Assembly: GCA_963725075.1 (NCBI GenBank)
Contig: CAVRXA010000026.1
Span: 110,288 to 174,287, forward strand
From: an uncultured Acidobacteriota bacterium
GTDB lineage: Bacteria > Actinomycetota > Acidimicrobiia > Spongiisociales > ZC4RG35
DNA: 64,000 nucleotides
Direction: 5' to 3'
The notes under the pieces were generated by a model that saw only the letters and a program-made list of their open reading frames with translations, was not told the origin of the DNA and ran no database searches. A program made the translations under genes and the position numbers. The stretch's first letter is position 1. The number at the start of each line of letters is the position of its first letter. Shown here piece after piece: positions 28,439 through 38,002 of this stretch.

Positions 28439-29058
28439 CGATTCTCCTGGCGGCCCTGGCCGGGTATGTCATCGGTTCCTTGCCCACCGCCGTCTGGCTG
28501 GGCCGGCTCTGGGGGGTCGAGCTCCTGCGGGACGGGTCGCAGAACCCCGGTGCGAACAATGCCCGGCGTCTCGGCGGCGACACGCTCGCCGTCCTGGTTC
28601 TGATCATCGAGATCGCCAAGGGTCTGACGGCCGTGGTGGTCGGCATGGTCATCGGTGGCGAGACCGCGGCCGTTGGCAGCGAAGCCGCTGCGCTGGCAGC
28701 GGGATTGGGCGCTGTGACCGGGAATGTCTACAACGTCTGGCACCGGTTCAAGGGTGGGAAAGGCCTCGGCATCAGCGGTGGCGTGATCCTGGGTCTCTGG
28801 CCGGCCGCCTTCCCCTTCGTGGTGCTGACGCTTGTCTTCGCCTCTGCCCTGACGAGGTCGACGGGGATCGGGACCCTCGTGACCCTGGGGGCACTCCTCG
28901 CCGGCGCCTTCGCCTGGGAGAGCACCGGGCTCGACAACCCCTGGGGTCTCGCCGACCCTGCCCTGCTCGTGGTGATGGTGATCGGCATCGGGCTGATCAT
29001 CGGCCCGAGGCATTGGCGGGATGCCCAGAACCGTCTCAGGTCACCCGTCCGTCCCTGA
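28435..29058 (+). CDS. plsY: glycerol-3-phosphate acyltransferase PlsY
   Basis: GSLPTA, GSQNPGANN and HRFKGGKGLG motifs in a multi-TM protein. It overlaps the adnB stop by 4 nt. Confidence 0.88.
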   Translation: MTILLAALAGYVIGSLPTAVWLGRLWGVELLRDGSQNPGANNARRLGGDTLAVLVLIIEIAKGLTAVVVGMVIGGETAAVGSEAAALAAGLGAVTGNVYNVWHRFKGGKGLGISGGVILGLWPAAFPFVVLTLVFASALTRSTGIGTLVTLGALLAGAFAWESTGLDNPWGLADPALLVVMVIGIGLIIGPRHWRDAQNRLRSPVRP

Positions 29059-29491
29059 TCTCCAACAAGATCGTCACCGGGCCGGAGTTGACCAGCTCCA
29101 CATTCATCGACGCCCCGAACACACCGGTCTCGACGTGGATGCCCGTGCCGCGCAGCACCTCCACGAAGCGATCGACCAACGCCTCGGCCTGTTCTGGTGG
29201 GGCCGCCCCGACGAATGACGGTCGTCGTCCCTTACGGAGGTCACCGAGAAGCGTGAACTGACTCACGACCAGAGCCGAGCCTCCGGTCTCGAGGAGCGAT
29301 CGGTTCATCTGCCCTGCCTCGTCAGGGAACACCCTGAGATGGGCAACCTTCTCCACGGCGCGCGTCATGTCGTCCTCCGTGTCCGAGGGCTCGATGCCGA
29401 CGAGAAGGAGGAACCCGGAATCGATCGAGCCGACCTCGACGCCATCGACATCGACCGAGGCCCGGGTCACACGTTGCACCACGATCCGCAC
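29036..29491 (-). CDS. dtd: D-aminoacyl-tRNA deacylase
   Basis: MRIVVQRV...VSQFTLLGD...GRRPSF...NSGPVT motifs. Length 151 aa. Its 3' end overlaps plsY by 23 nt (convergent). Confidence 0.9.
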   Translation of the reverse strand: MRIVVQRVTRASVDVDGVEVGSIDSGFLLLVGIEPSDTEDDMTRAVEKVAHLRVFPDEAGQMNRSLLETGGSALVVSQFTLLGDLRKGRRPSFVGAAPPEQAEALVDRFVEVLRGTGIHVETGVFGASMNVELVNSGPVTILLEIRDGRVT

Positions 29492-29526
29492 GGGAGGCGA
29501 TTGTGGCAGCCCAATAGAGTGGTGCC

Positions 29527-31800
29527 GTGGCGAGGAAGTCGGCCGATCCCCCAGAATTGCTAAGCGGTCCGGCCGACTCGCGGGTCGTCTACCTGCTCGA
29601 CGCCGCCTCCGACTACGAGGCCTCCCTCCTCACCCGATGGGCCGGGGAGGAGATCGGTCGCGAGGTCGAGACGGTCAGGATCACGTCGTCGCGCCGGGGA
29701 AAGGGTGGTGACATCGAAGCCCTGATCGATGCCCTGGCCGCTGCTGACGACCCCTTCCTGATACCGCTTCGCGTCCTCTGGCTGGCACCGATCAAGAAGG
29801 GTCGTCGGGCCGTCAGCTGGTGGGACATGTTGCGACCCGGGGACGCCAGGGATCCGAGAGGGGTAAGGGCGAGATGGGTCCGAATGGCCCGTCCGGGGCG
29901 GATTCGATTCACCGCCGCCGCCGGAGCACATGCCTCGGACCTCGCCGATGACTATCAGGCCTCGGGCCAGGTGGACCCGTTGTCCAACTACGTGACCAGG
30001 AGAGCCTGGCTCATCCTCGACCGGGCCGAGCGGAGGCTCGTGGGCAACCGTTACAAGATCCCCCGGTTCGTGCCGGAGGCCATCCTCTCCCGCCGGGAGT
30101 TTCTCGAGGCGGTGGACGCCGTCGCCGCCGAGACCGACATGCCCCCGGCCCTGGCACGCGAAAAGGCGGAGCGGTATCTCCGGGAGATCGCTGCCACCCA
30201 CTCGCCGTACGTGATCGACCTGATCGCCAACGGCATCCACAAGCTCTACAGCCAGGGCTACGGCGACATCAAGTACTCGGAAGACGACGTCCGGCGTCTC
30301 GCCGCCCTGGGCGATGGCGACCCGATCATCTTCCTACCCGCCCACCGTTCGAATCTCGACCGTCTCAGCCTCCAGTTCATGCTCTGGGAGAACGATTTTC
30401 CGCCCAACCACACGGCGGGTGGCATCAATCTGAACTTCTTCCCGGTCGGGCCGCTCGTCCGACGCACCGGTGTGTTCTTCATCCGCCGCTCCTTCAAGGA
30501 CAACCCTCTCTACAAGATGGTCCTGCGCTCGTATCTGGACTATCTGGTCGAGAAGCGATTCCCCCTCGAGTGGTACATGGAAGGCGGGCGGTCGCGCTCG
30601 GGGAAGCTGATGCCTCCACGTCTAGGGCTCCTGAGCTACGTGGCGGATTCCATGCACCGGGGCAAGGCAGAGGACCTCCAGTTGGTCCCGGTGTCCATCG
30701 CCTACGACCAGATCCAGGACGTCCCCGACTATGCCCGCGAGGCGCAGGGGAAGGACAAGGAGAAGGAATCCCTCGGATGGATGCTGAAGGCGGTGCGGTC
30801 ACTGCGGCGGCGATACGGCGACATCCACATCCGGTTCGGGGAGCCTGTCTCGGCGCGGAGCATGGTCGGACCAGCCGACCTCGGCGAGGAGACGTCCATC
30901 GGGCTGCAGAAACTGGCCTTCGAGGTGATGTATCGGATTGCACATGTCACCCCGATCACCCCGACCGCCCTCATAAGTGTCGCCCTCCTCGCGGCGAGGG
31001 GAACTGCCCGGTCATCAGATCAACTGGCCGAGGGTGCTGCCCGGCTCGTGGAGTTCGCCCGGGCCCGCGACCTCCCCACCACCGAGGATTCAGATCTGCG
31101 CGACCCGTCACGGGTGGCCACCATCCTCGACTGGCTCGCCGAGCACGACAACGTGAGCAGTCACGAGGCCCTCGGGCGGCGGGTCTTCTGGCTCGACGAG
31201 GACCAGATGATTCGGATCTCGTACTACCGCAACATGATCGTTCACTTTTTCGTCAATCGGGCCCTGGCCGAGATGGCGATCGGCTCTGCGGCCGAGACCG
31301 GCGAGGAGCGGCCGGAACAAGTGAGGAAAGCGCTTCTCGCCTACCGCGACCTGCTCAAGTTCGAGTTCTTCTTCCCCGAAAAGGACCAGTTCCTCGCCGA
31401 CGTCGATTCCGACATCGTCATCGACGTCCCCGGTTGGGAGCATGTTCTGACCACGACGGGGTCGGCCGAGGTGCAGGCCAAGCTGGGGCCACCGCTGGCC
31501 TACTGGGCCGTGCTGCCGATCCTCGACGCCTATCAGGTGGTAGGTGACGAGCTGGAAAACCTCAAGGGCCGATTTGAAGAGAAGTCCTTTCTCAAGGCGT
31601 GTCTCGCCCGGGCCCGCATGTATCGGATCGAGGAGCGGCTCATCTCGGGCGAGAGCGCCAGCCAGGTCCTCTTCAAGTCGGCGCTGTCCCTTGCCGCCAA
31701 CCGGGGCCTGGTCGATGACGCCGACGGTGTGGCCGCCCGCCGCGCCGCCTTCGCAACCGAGGTCCGCAACGCCCGGACGCTCGCCGCCGCCGGTTTGTAG
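29527..31800 (+). CDS. plsB: glycerol-3-phosphate acyltransferase PlsB
   Basis: HXXXXD motif PAHRSNLD, then GPLVRRTGVFFIRRSF and EGGRSRSGK blocks. Length 757 aa. The start is uncertain because it lies only 35 nt from the divergent dtd start. Confidence 0.85.
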   Translation: MARKSADPPELLSGPADSRVVYLLDAASDYEASLLTRWAGEEIGREVETVRITSSRRGKGGDIEALIDALAAADDPFLIPLRVLWLAPIKKGRRAVSWWDMLRPGDARDPRGVRARWVRMARPGRIRFTAAAGAHASDLADDYQASGQVDPLSNYVTRRAWLILDRAERRLVGNRYKIPRFVPEAILSRREFLEAVDAVAAETDMPPALAREKAERYLREIAATHSPYVIDLIANGIHKLYSQGYGDIKYSEDDVRRLAALGDGDPIIFLPAHRSNLDRLSLQFMLWENDFPPNHTAGGINLNFFPVGPLVRRTGVFFIRRSFKDNPLYKMVLRSYLDYLVEKRFPLEWYMEGGRSRSGKLMPPRLGLLSYVADSMHRGKAEDLQLVPVSIAYDQIQDVPDYAREAQGKDKEKESLGWMLKAVRSLRRRYGDIHIRFGEPVSARSMVGPADLGEETSIGLQKLAFEVMYRIAHVTPITPTALISVALLAARGTARSSDQLAEGAARLVEFARARDLPTTEDSDLRDPSRVATILDWLAEHDNVSSHEALGRRVFWLDEDQMIRISYYRNMIVHFFVNRALAEMAIGSAAETGEERPEQVRKALLAYRDLLKFEFFFPEKDQFLADVDSDIVIDVPGWEHVLTTTGSAEVQAKLGPPLAYWAVLPILDAYQVVGDELENLKGRFEEKSFLKACLARARMYRIEERLISGESASQVLFKSALSLAANRGLVDDADGVAARRAAFATEVRNARTLAAAGL

Positions 31801-31808
31801 CGAACCAC

Positions 31809-32304
31809 TCAACGCGGTCTATTCCACTTCTTGCGCGCCTCGTCGATCAGCTGGCGCGAGGTCTTCGGCTCGGGAGGTACCAGCGGTGGGGGGAGGTCGG
31901 CAGGGTCCACGGCTGGAGTCTCCGTCGGCGCCGGGACAGGCTTTGGCGCCGACCTGACCGGTGGGGGTGGAGGCGGAATTGGCGCCGGGGGCATTTCCGT
32001 CTGTGACGATTCGATCCGGATGGTTGGCACCCGCTTCTCGGTTGGGCCGGGCACCGGAGCCGGGGCGACCGGCTCGATTTGCGTCTCCATGGTGCGGGCC
32101 CGGCGGCGCAGGGCGCGACCGGCCCACAAGAGCAGGACACCAGGGATGGCACTCCCAAACGCACCGGCGAAGAAACCCTCGCTGATACCCACGTCCGGAG
32201 ACCAGGCCAATTCCTGCCAACACGAGGAAGCCGAGCCACAGTGTCCCGAGGATGGTGAGGACCCGCCCCAGACATCCGACTGGATTGATGTTCTGATCAG
32301 CCAC
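31809..32304 (-). CDS. membrane-anchored proline-rich protein (possible +1 frame break near 32197)
   Basis: The C-terminal 130 aa (frame of ORF 31809..32318) has one TM helix and a PAPxP-rich tail. A second TM-like helix (VLTILGTLWLGFLVLAGIGLV) is encoded just upstream in the frame of ORF 31819..32304. Alternatively there is a GTG start near 32190. Confidence 0.45.
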
Positions 32305-32321
32305 CGATGTTCATTCAAACA

Positions 32322-33492
32322 TCAGGGCCGGGTCAGCACCGCCCGAAGCCGCCAGGCGGCAAGCAAGAGCAGAACGGTGGCGTAGACGACGAGAACACCG
32401 AGCTCGGGGAGGATGTCGGCCACGGTCCCATCCCGGCGGACTAGCTCGGCGAACCCGTCGAGCGCCCATGCGTGCGGCGTGAGATGCGCAACCCGGGTCA
32501 TCGCCGGGGAGAACAGCTCGATCGGGAGCATGCACCCGCCGAGGGCCGCCAGCCCGAGACTGAGGACGACACCGATTCCGCCGGCCTGCTGGTCGTTCTT
32601 GAAGGTCGCCCCCATCAGCATCCCCGCTCCGGCCCCGACTGCGGAGAAGGCCACCAGGATGAGAAGAGCACCCCATGGGTCCCCCCAATCGACCCGGAAC
32701 AGCAGGTAGGTCACGATCACGATGTAGAGACCCTGGACCATGGCCACCGCCCAGCGCCCGGCGCCTTCGCCGCCCACGATCGTCCCCGTGGAGGTCGGGG
32801 TGGAGAGCATGCGGCGTGAGATGCCGAGCTTCCTGCTGAGGATCAGGGCGGCGGACCCGGCGAGGGCCGTCAGAAAGGTGAACAGGACGAGTTGCTGCGC
32901 CGCATCCGAGGTCGAACCGGCCAAGAGTCGAGGGGAAGAGGGCCTCTCCGACCGCAGTGGTCTCGACATCGAGCCCGGGGGCGGCATCGGTCTGCGACCT
33001 CGCCACATCGAGAGCCTCGTCGAAGCTGGCCCCAGCTTTCTCGGCACCAAACTGGGCGGCGCCCACCGGCGTCATGACACGGGCCACGCCTGGCGCTGAC
33101 GACCGACTGCAGTTGCGGGCCGGCCCCGTCGGGTCTGGCCACGAATCCCACCTCGACCTGCTCGCCGGATTCGGCAAGATCACTGGCCCCCGCCGGAATG
33201 AACACACCGGCCTGGACGCCACCTCGCTCGACGGCGTCGAGCAATTCGTCCCGGGTCTCGAAGATCGTCACCGCCAACGAGTCGTCGCTCTGGATCTCTT
33301 CGGTGATGGCCGTCGCCAGCGGGTCCTCGTCCTCATGGTGGATCCCGACGCCCGGGATCGAAGTCACCTCCGAACTGGGCGCCGATGAGGAGGATCAGGG
33401 CGATCGGGAAAGATGAAGACGAAGAAGATGTTGGAGCGCTCACGCAACATGCGACGCACGTTGGAGGCGGCGATGGCGAGGATCTTCCTCAT
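32322..33492 (-). pseudogene. ABC-2 type exporter permease, second copy, with about 4 frame breaks
   Basis: The protein text continues across four frames: MRKILAIAASNVRRMLRERSNIFFVFIFP / IALILLIGAQFGG / VTSIPGVGIHH...QSVVSA / VARVMTPVGAAQFGAEK...GRFD / AAQQLVLFTFL...HAWALDGF... Breaks are near 33405, 33368, 33090 and 32910, and all are +1. Confidence 0.7.
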
Positions 33493-34675
33493 CGGGTCAG
33501 CTTCCTCTGCAGGAGCACCCAGGCCACCGTCCCGAAGACGAGGGTGAACAGCAGCAGAGCGCCAACTGCCGGCAGATACTTCGGTCCACTCCGCACCACC
33601 TGATATGGTCGGAAAGACCACGCATGAACCAGGCGTGCGGTGTCAGGTAGGAGAGTCTGGCCAGGAAGTCGTTGCCCTGGCCGATCGGGAAGAAGGTCCC
33701 GCCCAGCATCCCCAGGATCACGGCGACGATCGCCCCGAGGTTGGCGGCGCCATCGGCACTGGTGGCGGTGGCGGCGATCACCCCCATGATGGAGGTGGCG
33801 GCAAGGACGCCGGCGATCGACCAGCAACGCCACCCCCAGAGGGCGGGCCCCACTCCGCATCCATCAGGTAGTGCGTGGCAACGATCAGGACCGTCATCGA
33901 GATGAGACCGAGGGAGAAGGAGAGAATCGCCTTGCCCGCCACCACGCTGGTGTGGCCTGATCGGCGCCGCGAGGAGCCTCGCCAGGGTTCCGCCCTGTTT
34001 CTCCTCGAGGATGCCGACAACGCCGAACTGAACGGTGAAGAAGAGGAAGAACACAGCCATCCCCGCGGCAAAGAACGTGTTGGCGTCGAGTTGCCGGGTG
34101 GCGGCGGAGACATCGACGAAGGTGAAGGCCGGCGGTCGAAGGGCAGCCTCCTCGCCCCAGGAAACCACTTCTTCCGGAGGCGGTCCCTCGCCAAGAGCGA
34201 TCGCCGTGGTCACCGAGAGCTGGGAACGCTCGATGGCCGATCCGAACCCGGAGGCGATCGAGGAAACCACCTGGGTCGTGGTCTGGCTGTCGACGTCGCC
34301 GACGACCTCGATCGTGAATGGCTGGGCCTGGATCGCAGCGTCGCCCAGACCGGCGTTGAGGAGGATGTAGGCACCGATCTCGCCCTCTTCGACCGACGCC
34401 TCGGCCGAGGCGGCGTCGTCGAAGTCGGTCACGACCAGGATCCCCTCGGCTTCCATCCCGGAGAGCGCCTCGCCCAGGGACTGCGACACCTGGGTTTGGT
34501 CCAGATCGACCAATCCCACCTCGAGATCCAGGCTTTCGGCGGTGAACGTGTCGCCGAAGACGAGATGGAAGATGTAGGCCAGAGCGAGCGGCGTGATGAT
34601 CCCCATGATGAAGAAGGACCGATCACGGACCCGGAGCTTGAGGTCCTTCCCCGCGATCTGGGTCGCTGCACCCAT
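33489..34675 (-). pseudogene. ABC-2 type exporter permease, first copy, with at least 3 frame breaks
   Basis: The main ORF loses sense after LLAAPIRP. The sequence continues in another frame (SVVAGKAILSFSLGLISMTVLIVATHYLMDAEWG), then PLGVALLV, then returns (IAGVLAATSIMG...HAWFMRGLSD). The C-terminus VVRSGPKYLPAVGALLLFTLVFGTVAWVLLQRKLTR is in the third frame. Breaks are near 33953, 33850, 33818 and 33605. Confidence 0.7.
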
Positions 34676-34677
34676 GA

Positions 34678-35617
34678 TCAGTCGCGCAGGGCCTTGCCGG
34701 TCAGATGGAGAAACACTGCTTCGAGATTGGGCTCCGAGACCGCCACACCGGTGACGTTGGCCCCGGTGGCGGACACCCGGGAGAGCAATTCGGGGAGGAG
34801 TGACGAGGCGTCGTTGGCCAGTACGTCAATGCCCGCAGTCGGCAGGGCTGGCCTCATGGACCGCGGGCAATTCGGCGGCGACTCGGGCCACCTCGACCAG
34901 GTCCCCGGTCACCGTCACCCGGATCCTGTCCTTCTCCCCCACCAGCGACACCAGCTCGCGTCTGGTGCCCTCTGCCTTGATCACGCCCTCGTCGATGATG
35001 GCCACGCGGTCGCAGAGACGCTCGGCCTCTTCCATGTAGTGGGTGGTGTAGAGGACTGCAATCCCCTCGCCCGACAGGTCTTCGACCGACTCGAGGATGG
35101 CGTTCCGGGACTGCGGATCGACCCCGACCGTCGGCTCGTCCAGTATGAGCAGGCGGGGCCGATGGAGCAGCCCGATGCCGATGTTCAGTCTCCGTTGCAT
35201 GCCGCCGGAGAACTCGCTGACGAGGTCGTCCTGGCGCTCGGAGAGACCGATCACCTCGAGCACCTCCTCCACCCGTTTGTCCAGTGTCTCGCCGGGCATG
35301 TCGTAGAGACGCCCGAAGAACCTGAGGTTCTCCGTCGCAGTCAGATCGGGGTAGATGGCGATTTCCTGGGGCACGAGACCGATGTCAGACCGTCCGGCGG
35401 TCGAGTTCGTCCGGATCGGCGTCCCGGCAACGTGGATGGTGCCGTTGTCCGGCTCCAGGAGCCCAGCCACCATCGAGATCGAGGTGGTCTTGCCCGCCCC
35501 GTTGGGCCCGAGGAGCCCGAAGGTCTCCCCCTCCGCGATCTCGAAGCTGACCCCATTCACCGCGATCAGATCACCGAAGCTCTTGATGAGCCCTTGCGCC
35601 GCCAGAACCGTCGTCAT
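34678..35617 (-). pseudogene. ABC transporter ATP-binding protein with one +1 break near 34830
   Basis: GPNGAGKTT, LSGGMQRRL-like SGGMQRRLNIG and LILDEPT are intact. The track ORF stops at 34826, but the +1 frame continues IDVLANDASSLLPELLSRVSATGANVTGVAVSEPNLEAVFLHLTGKALRD to a stop at 34678-34680, 2 nt before the permease ATG. Confidence 0.75.
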
Positions 35618-35663
35618 CTACTCCTCTATGCCGATGCGAGCGGCACCCTACCGATGGTGAGGC

Positions 35664-37034
35664 CTACCGCTGCCGCCTGACCGGGGTGGGCTCGGCGCAG
35701 CAGAACCAACTCTCGGTGAGGCGCGGCGCCGGCGGCGACGCGGGCATGGGCGCCATTTCGACTCCTGCGACCTCACCGATCCTCTCCCGCATGACGAGCA
35801 GCGTGTCGCCGGCCTCCGCCCCGCAATCGGAGGCCTCGGCGGCGATCGAGTCGAGTTCTCCGTGCAATTGCTCCGTGGTCTGATCTGCAAACCGCCACGA
35901 CCAGGTCAGCGATTCCGGCTGGTAGGCGGTCAGGTATGGCTCTACTGCGGGGTGGCTCTCCAGGAGCGACCCCTCGGGGATGAGGAGCTTGATCGACAAC
36001 TGCACCGGGTCAGTCGCCGACCACAGCCGATGATCGTCGATGAAGCTCACTATGCCGGCCACATCGGATCGGGGATGGTCCAGGGGAAGAATGGGAGCCA
36101 GGTCGGCCGTACGTGAATGCCGGCTGTGCGGAGCACTGTCACTGCCTCGGACATGTCCGCCGCTGTGTGGTTCTTGTCGAGCACCTCCAGTGTGTGATGG
36201 TCTGTGCTCTCGAAGGCGCTGACCACGAAGAGAACACCGAGCTCTCCCATCTCCGGCCACAGGTCGCGATGGGCAAGGACGTGCTCGACCTTCACGGTCA
36301 CGTCGAAGGTCAGCTCGGGGTGGGCGCCATGGGCCTGCCTCAACAGGTCCATCGAATACCGCGGCGCGTTGAGAAAGTCGGGATCGCCGAACGTCACATG
36401 CTGGATCCCATCGGCGGCGAGCTGGTCGATGTCCGTCAGCACGGCATCTGCTCCGACCACCCTCATCCTGCCGTCGTAGACGACGGGAATCGGGCAATGA
36501 CGACAGCGGTGCCGGCACCCGTGTGACGCCTCGACGGCCGCGGCAAGACGGGCTTCGCCCATCCATTCGAGACGGGCGTAGTTGTCGTGCCAGGGCAGAA
36601 CCGGATCGCTCGGGCCGGTGGAATCTCGACGAGCCCCTGCTCCGGCTCATGCCGTTTCCTTCACTGCCCGACGCGACGCTCATGGCCCATTCCACGAGAG
36701 CCGGCTCGTACTCGCCGACAAAGACCGAATCGGCGACATCGCCAACCACTCGGTCCTGACCGACACCGGCGTACAGACCGTAAAAGGCGATCGGAAGCCC
36801 GGGCCGCTGGCGGCGCAACTCCCGCGCCATCGGGATGGCAAGACGCATTGCGGTGTGCATCGGCACCGAGAAGGCGACTGCGTCAGCACCGTTCAGACGA
36901 GAGGTGTCCCAGTCCTCCACTGCGAGATCGATGGCGACGACGTCGACCCCGGCCGCGGCCAGTGCAGCCGCCGGAGAGGCGATGTGGACCGGCTGACGCC
37001 CCAGCTCATAGGTGGAGACGAGGAGCAAGCGCAT
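35664..37034 (-). pseudogene. B12-binding-domain radical SAM protein with C-terminal CCAEP tail, two frame breaks
   Basis: The N-terminal domain (MRLLLVSTYELGRQPVH...) and the C-terminus (...SWFCCAEPTPV) are in one frame. The radical-SAM core with CRHRCRHCP (CX3CX2C) is in track ORF 36050..36562. Breaks are near 36600 (+1) and 36070 (-1). Confidence 0.7.
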
Positions 37035-37072
37035 CGAGCCAGTGTATGACCGGCCCCGGTAGCCTTTCGACG

Positions 37073-37957
37073 ATGGGCGACTATGTGAACACCCCCCACG
37101 GACCGATGCACGAGGTCGATTTCGGGGGCACCGGGCCGAGCCTGACACTCATCCACGGTCTCGGTGGATCGACCACCAACTGGAACGCGGTGGCACCGGC
37201 CCTGACCGCAATCGGTCGGGTACGGGCCATCGACCTCCCCGGGTTCGGCCTCACCCCACCACGGTCGGACTTCCGACTCGAGACACATCGCGATTCGGTG
37301 ATCGGCTATCTCGAAACCAAGGACGGGCCCTCCACGCTCATCGGGAACTCGACCGGTGGGCTCCTTGCCGAGTTGATCGCGTCGGCTCGGCCGGACCTCG
37401 TCGATCGGTTGATCCTGGTGTCGCCGGCCACCCCGCCGGTGGTCCCGGACCCACGATTCGACTGGCCCACTGCAGCCCGGCTCGCCATACAGGCCACGCC
37501 CGTCATCGGCGAGGCCTATGGCCGACGATTCCTCCGGACCAACAGCGCCGAGCAGCTGGTGCGGAAGAGCATGAACATGATCACCCACAAGCCGGGGCGG
37601 GTCCCGATGTCCCTCATCGAGGAGTCACGGGAGATGGCCCGGATCCGGAAGCAGCTCCCCTGGGCCCAATACGCCACGGCGCGGACGGCAACCTCGATCG
37701 CACAGCTCTATTCGCGACGGCCCGTGTACGTGAAAATGATCCTCGCCATCGAGGCACCCACCCTGGTGGTGCAGGGGGTTTCGGACCACATCGTCTCGCC
37801 CACGGCAGTCGAGTGGCTCTGCGCCCTCCGGCCCGATTGGGAGCTGGTCCACCTCGACGACACCGGGCACACCCCCCAGATGGACGCCCCTCATCGTTTC
37901 GTCGATGTCGTTCGCAGTTGGCTGACGCGAGCCGAAGACCAGGCGGTGGGTGCGTAG
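37073..37957 (+). CDS. alpha/beta hydrolase
   Basis: HGLGGSTTNW, nucleophile elbow GNSTGG and a C-terminal DTGHTPQMD. The start is trimmed to the ATG at 37073. Confidence 0.8.
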   Translation: MGDYVNTPHGPMHEVDFGGTGPSLTLIHGLGGSTTNWNAVAPALTAIGRVRAIDLPGFGLTPPRSDFRLETHRDSVIGYLETKDGPSTLIGNSTGGLLAELIASARPDLVDRLILVSPATPPVVPDPRFDWPTAARLAIQATPVIGEAYGRRFLRTNSAEQLVRKSMNMITHKPGRVPMSLIEESREMARIRKQLPWAQYATARTATSIAQLYSRRPVYVKMILAIEAPTLVVQGVSDHIVSPTAVEWLCALRPDWELVHLDDTGHTPQMDAPHRFVDVVRSWLTRAEDQAVGA

Positions 37958-38002
37958 AACCTCCTGGGGGGAGAAATACCTCCGCTAACTAGGCTTGGAC
38001 TC

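Noticed and set aside
33875-35680. 601-aa plus-strand ORF, and similar long antisense ORFs (56936..58540, 26996..28387, 61627..62805, 20093..21100, 38369..39259, 39338..40390)
   Set aside because: These are shadow ORFs antisense to well-supported genes. They are Arg/Gly/Pro/His-rich with no recognisable motifs, which is typical of high-GC genomes.
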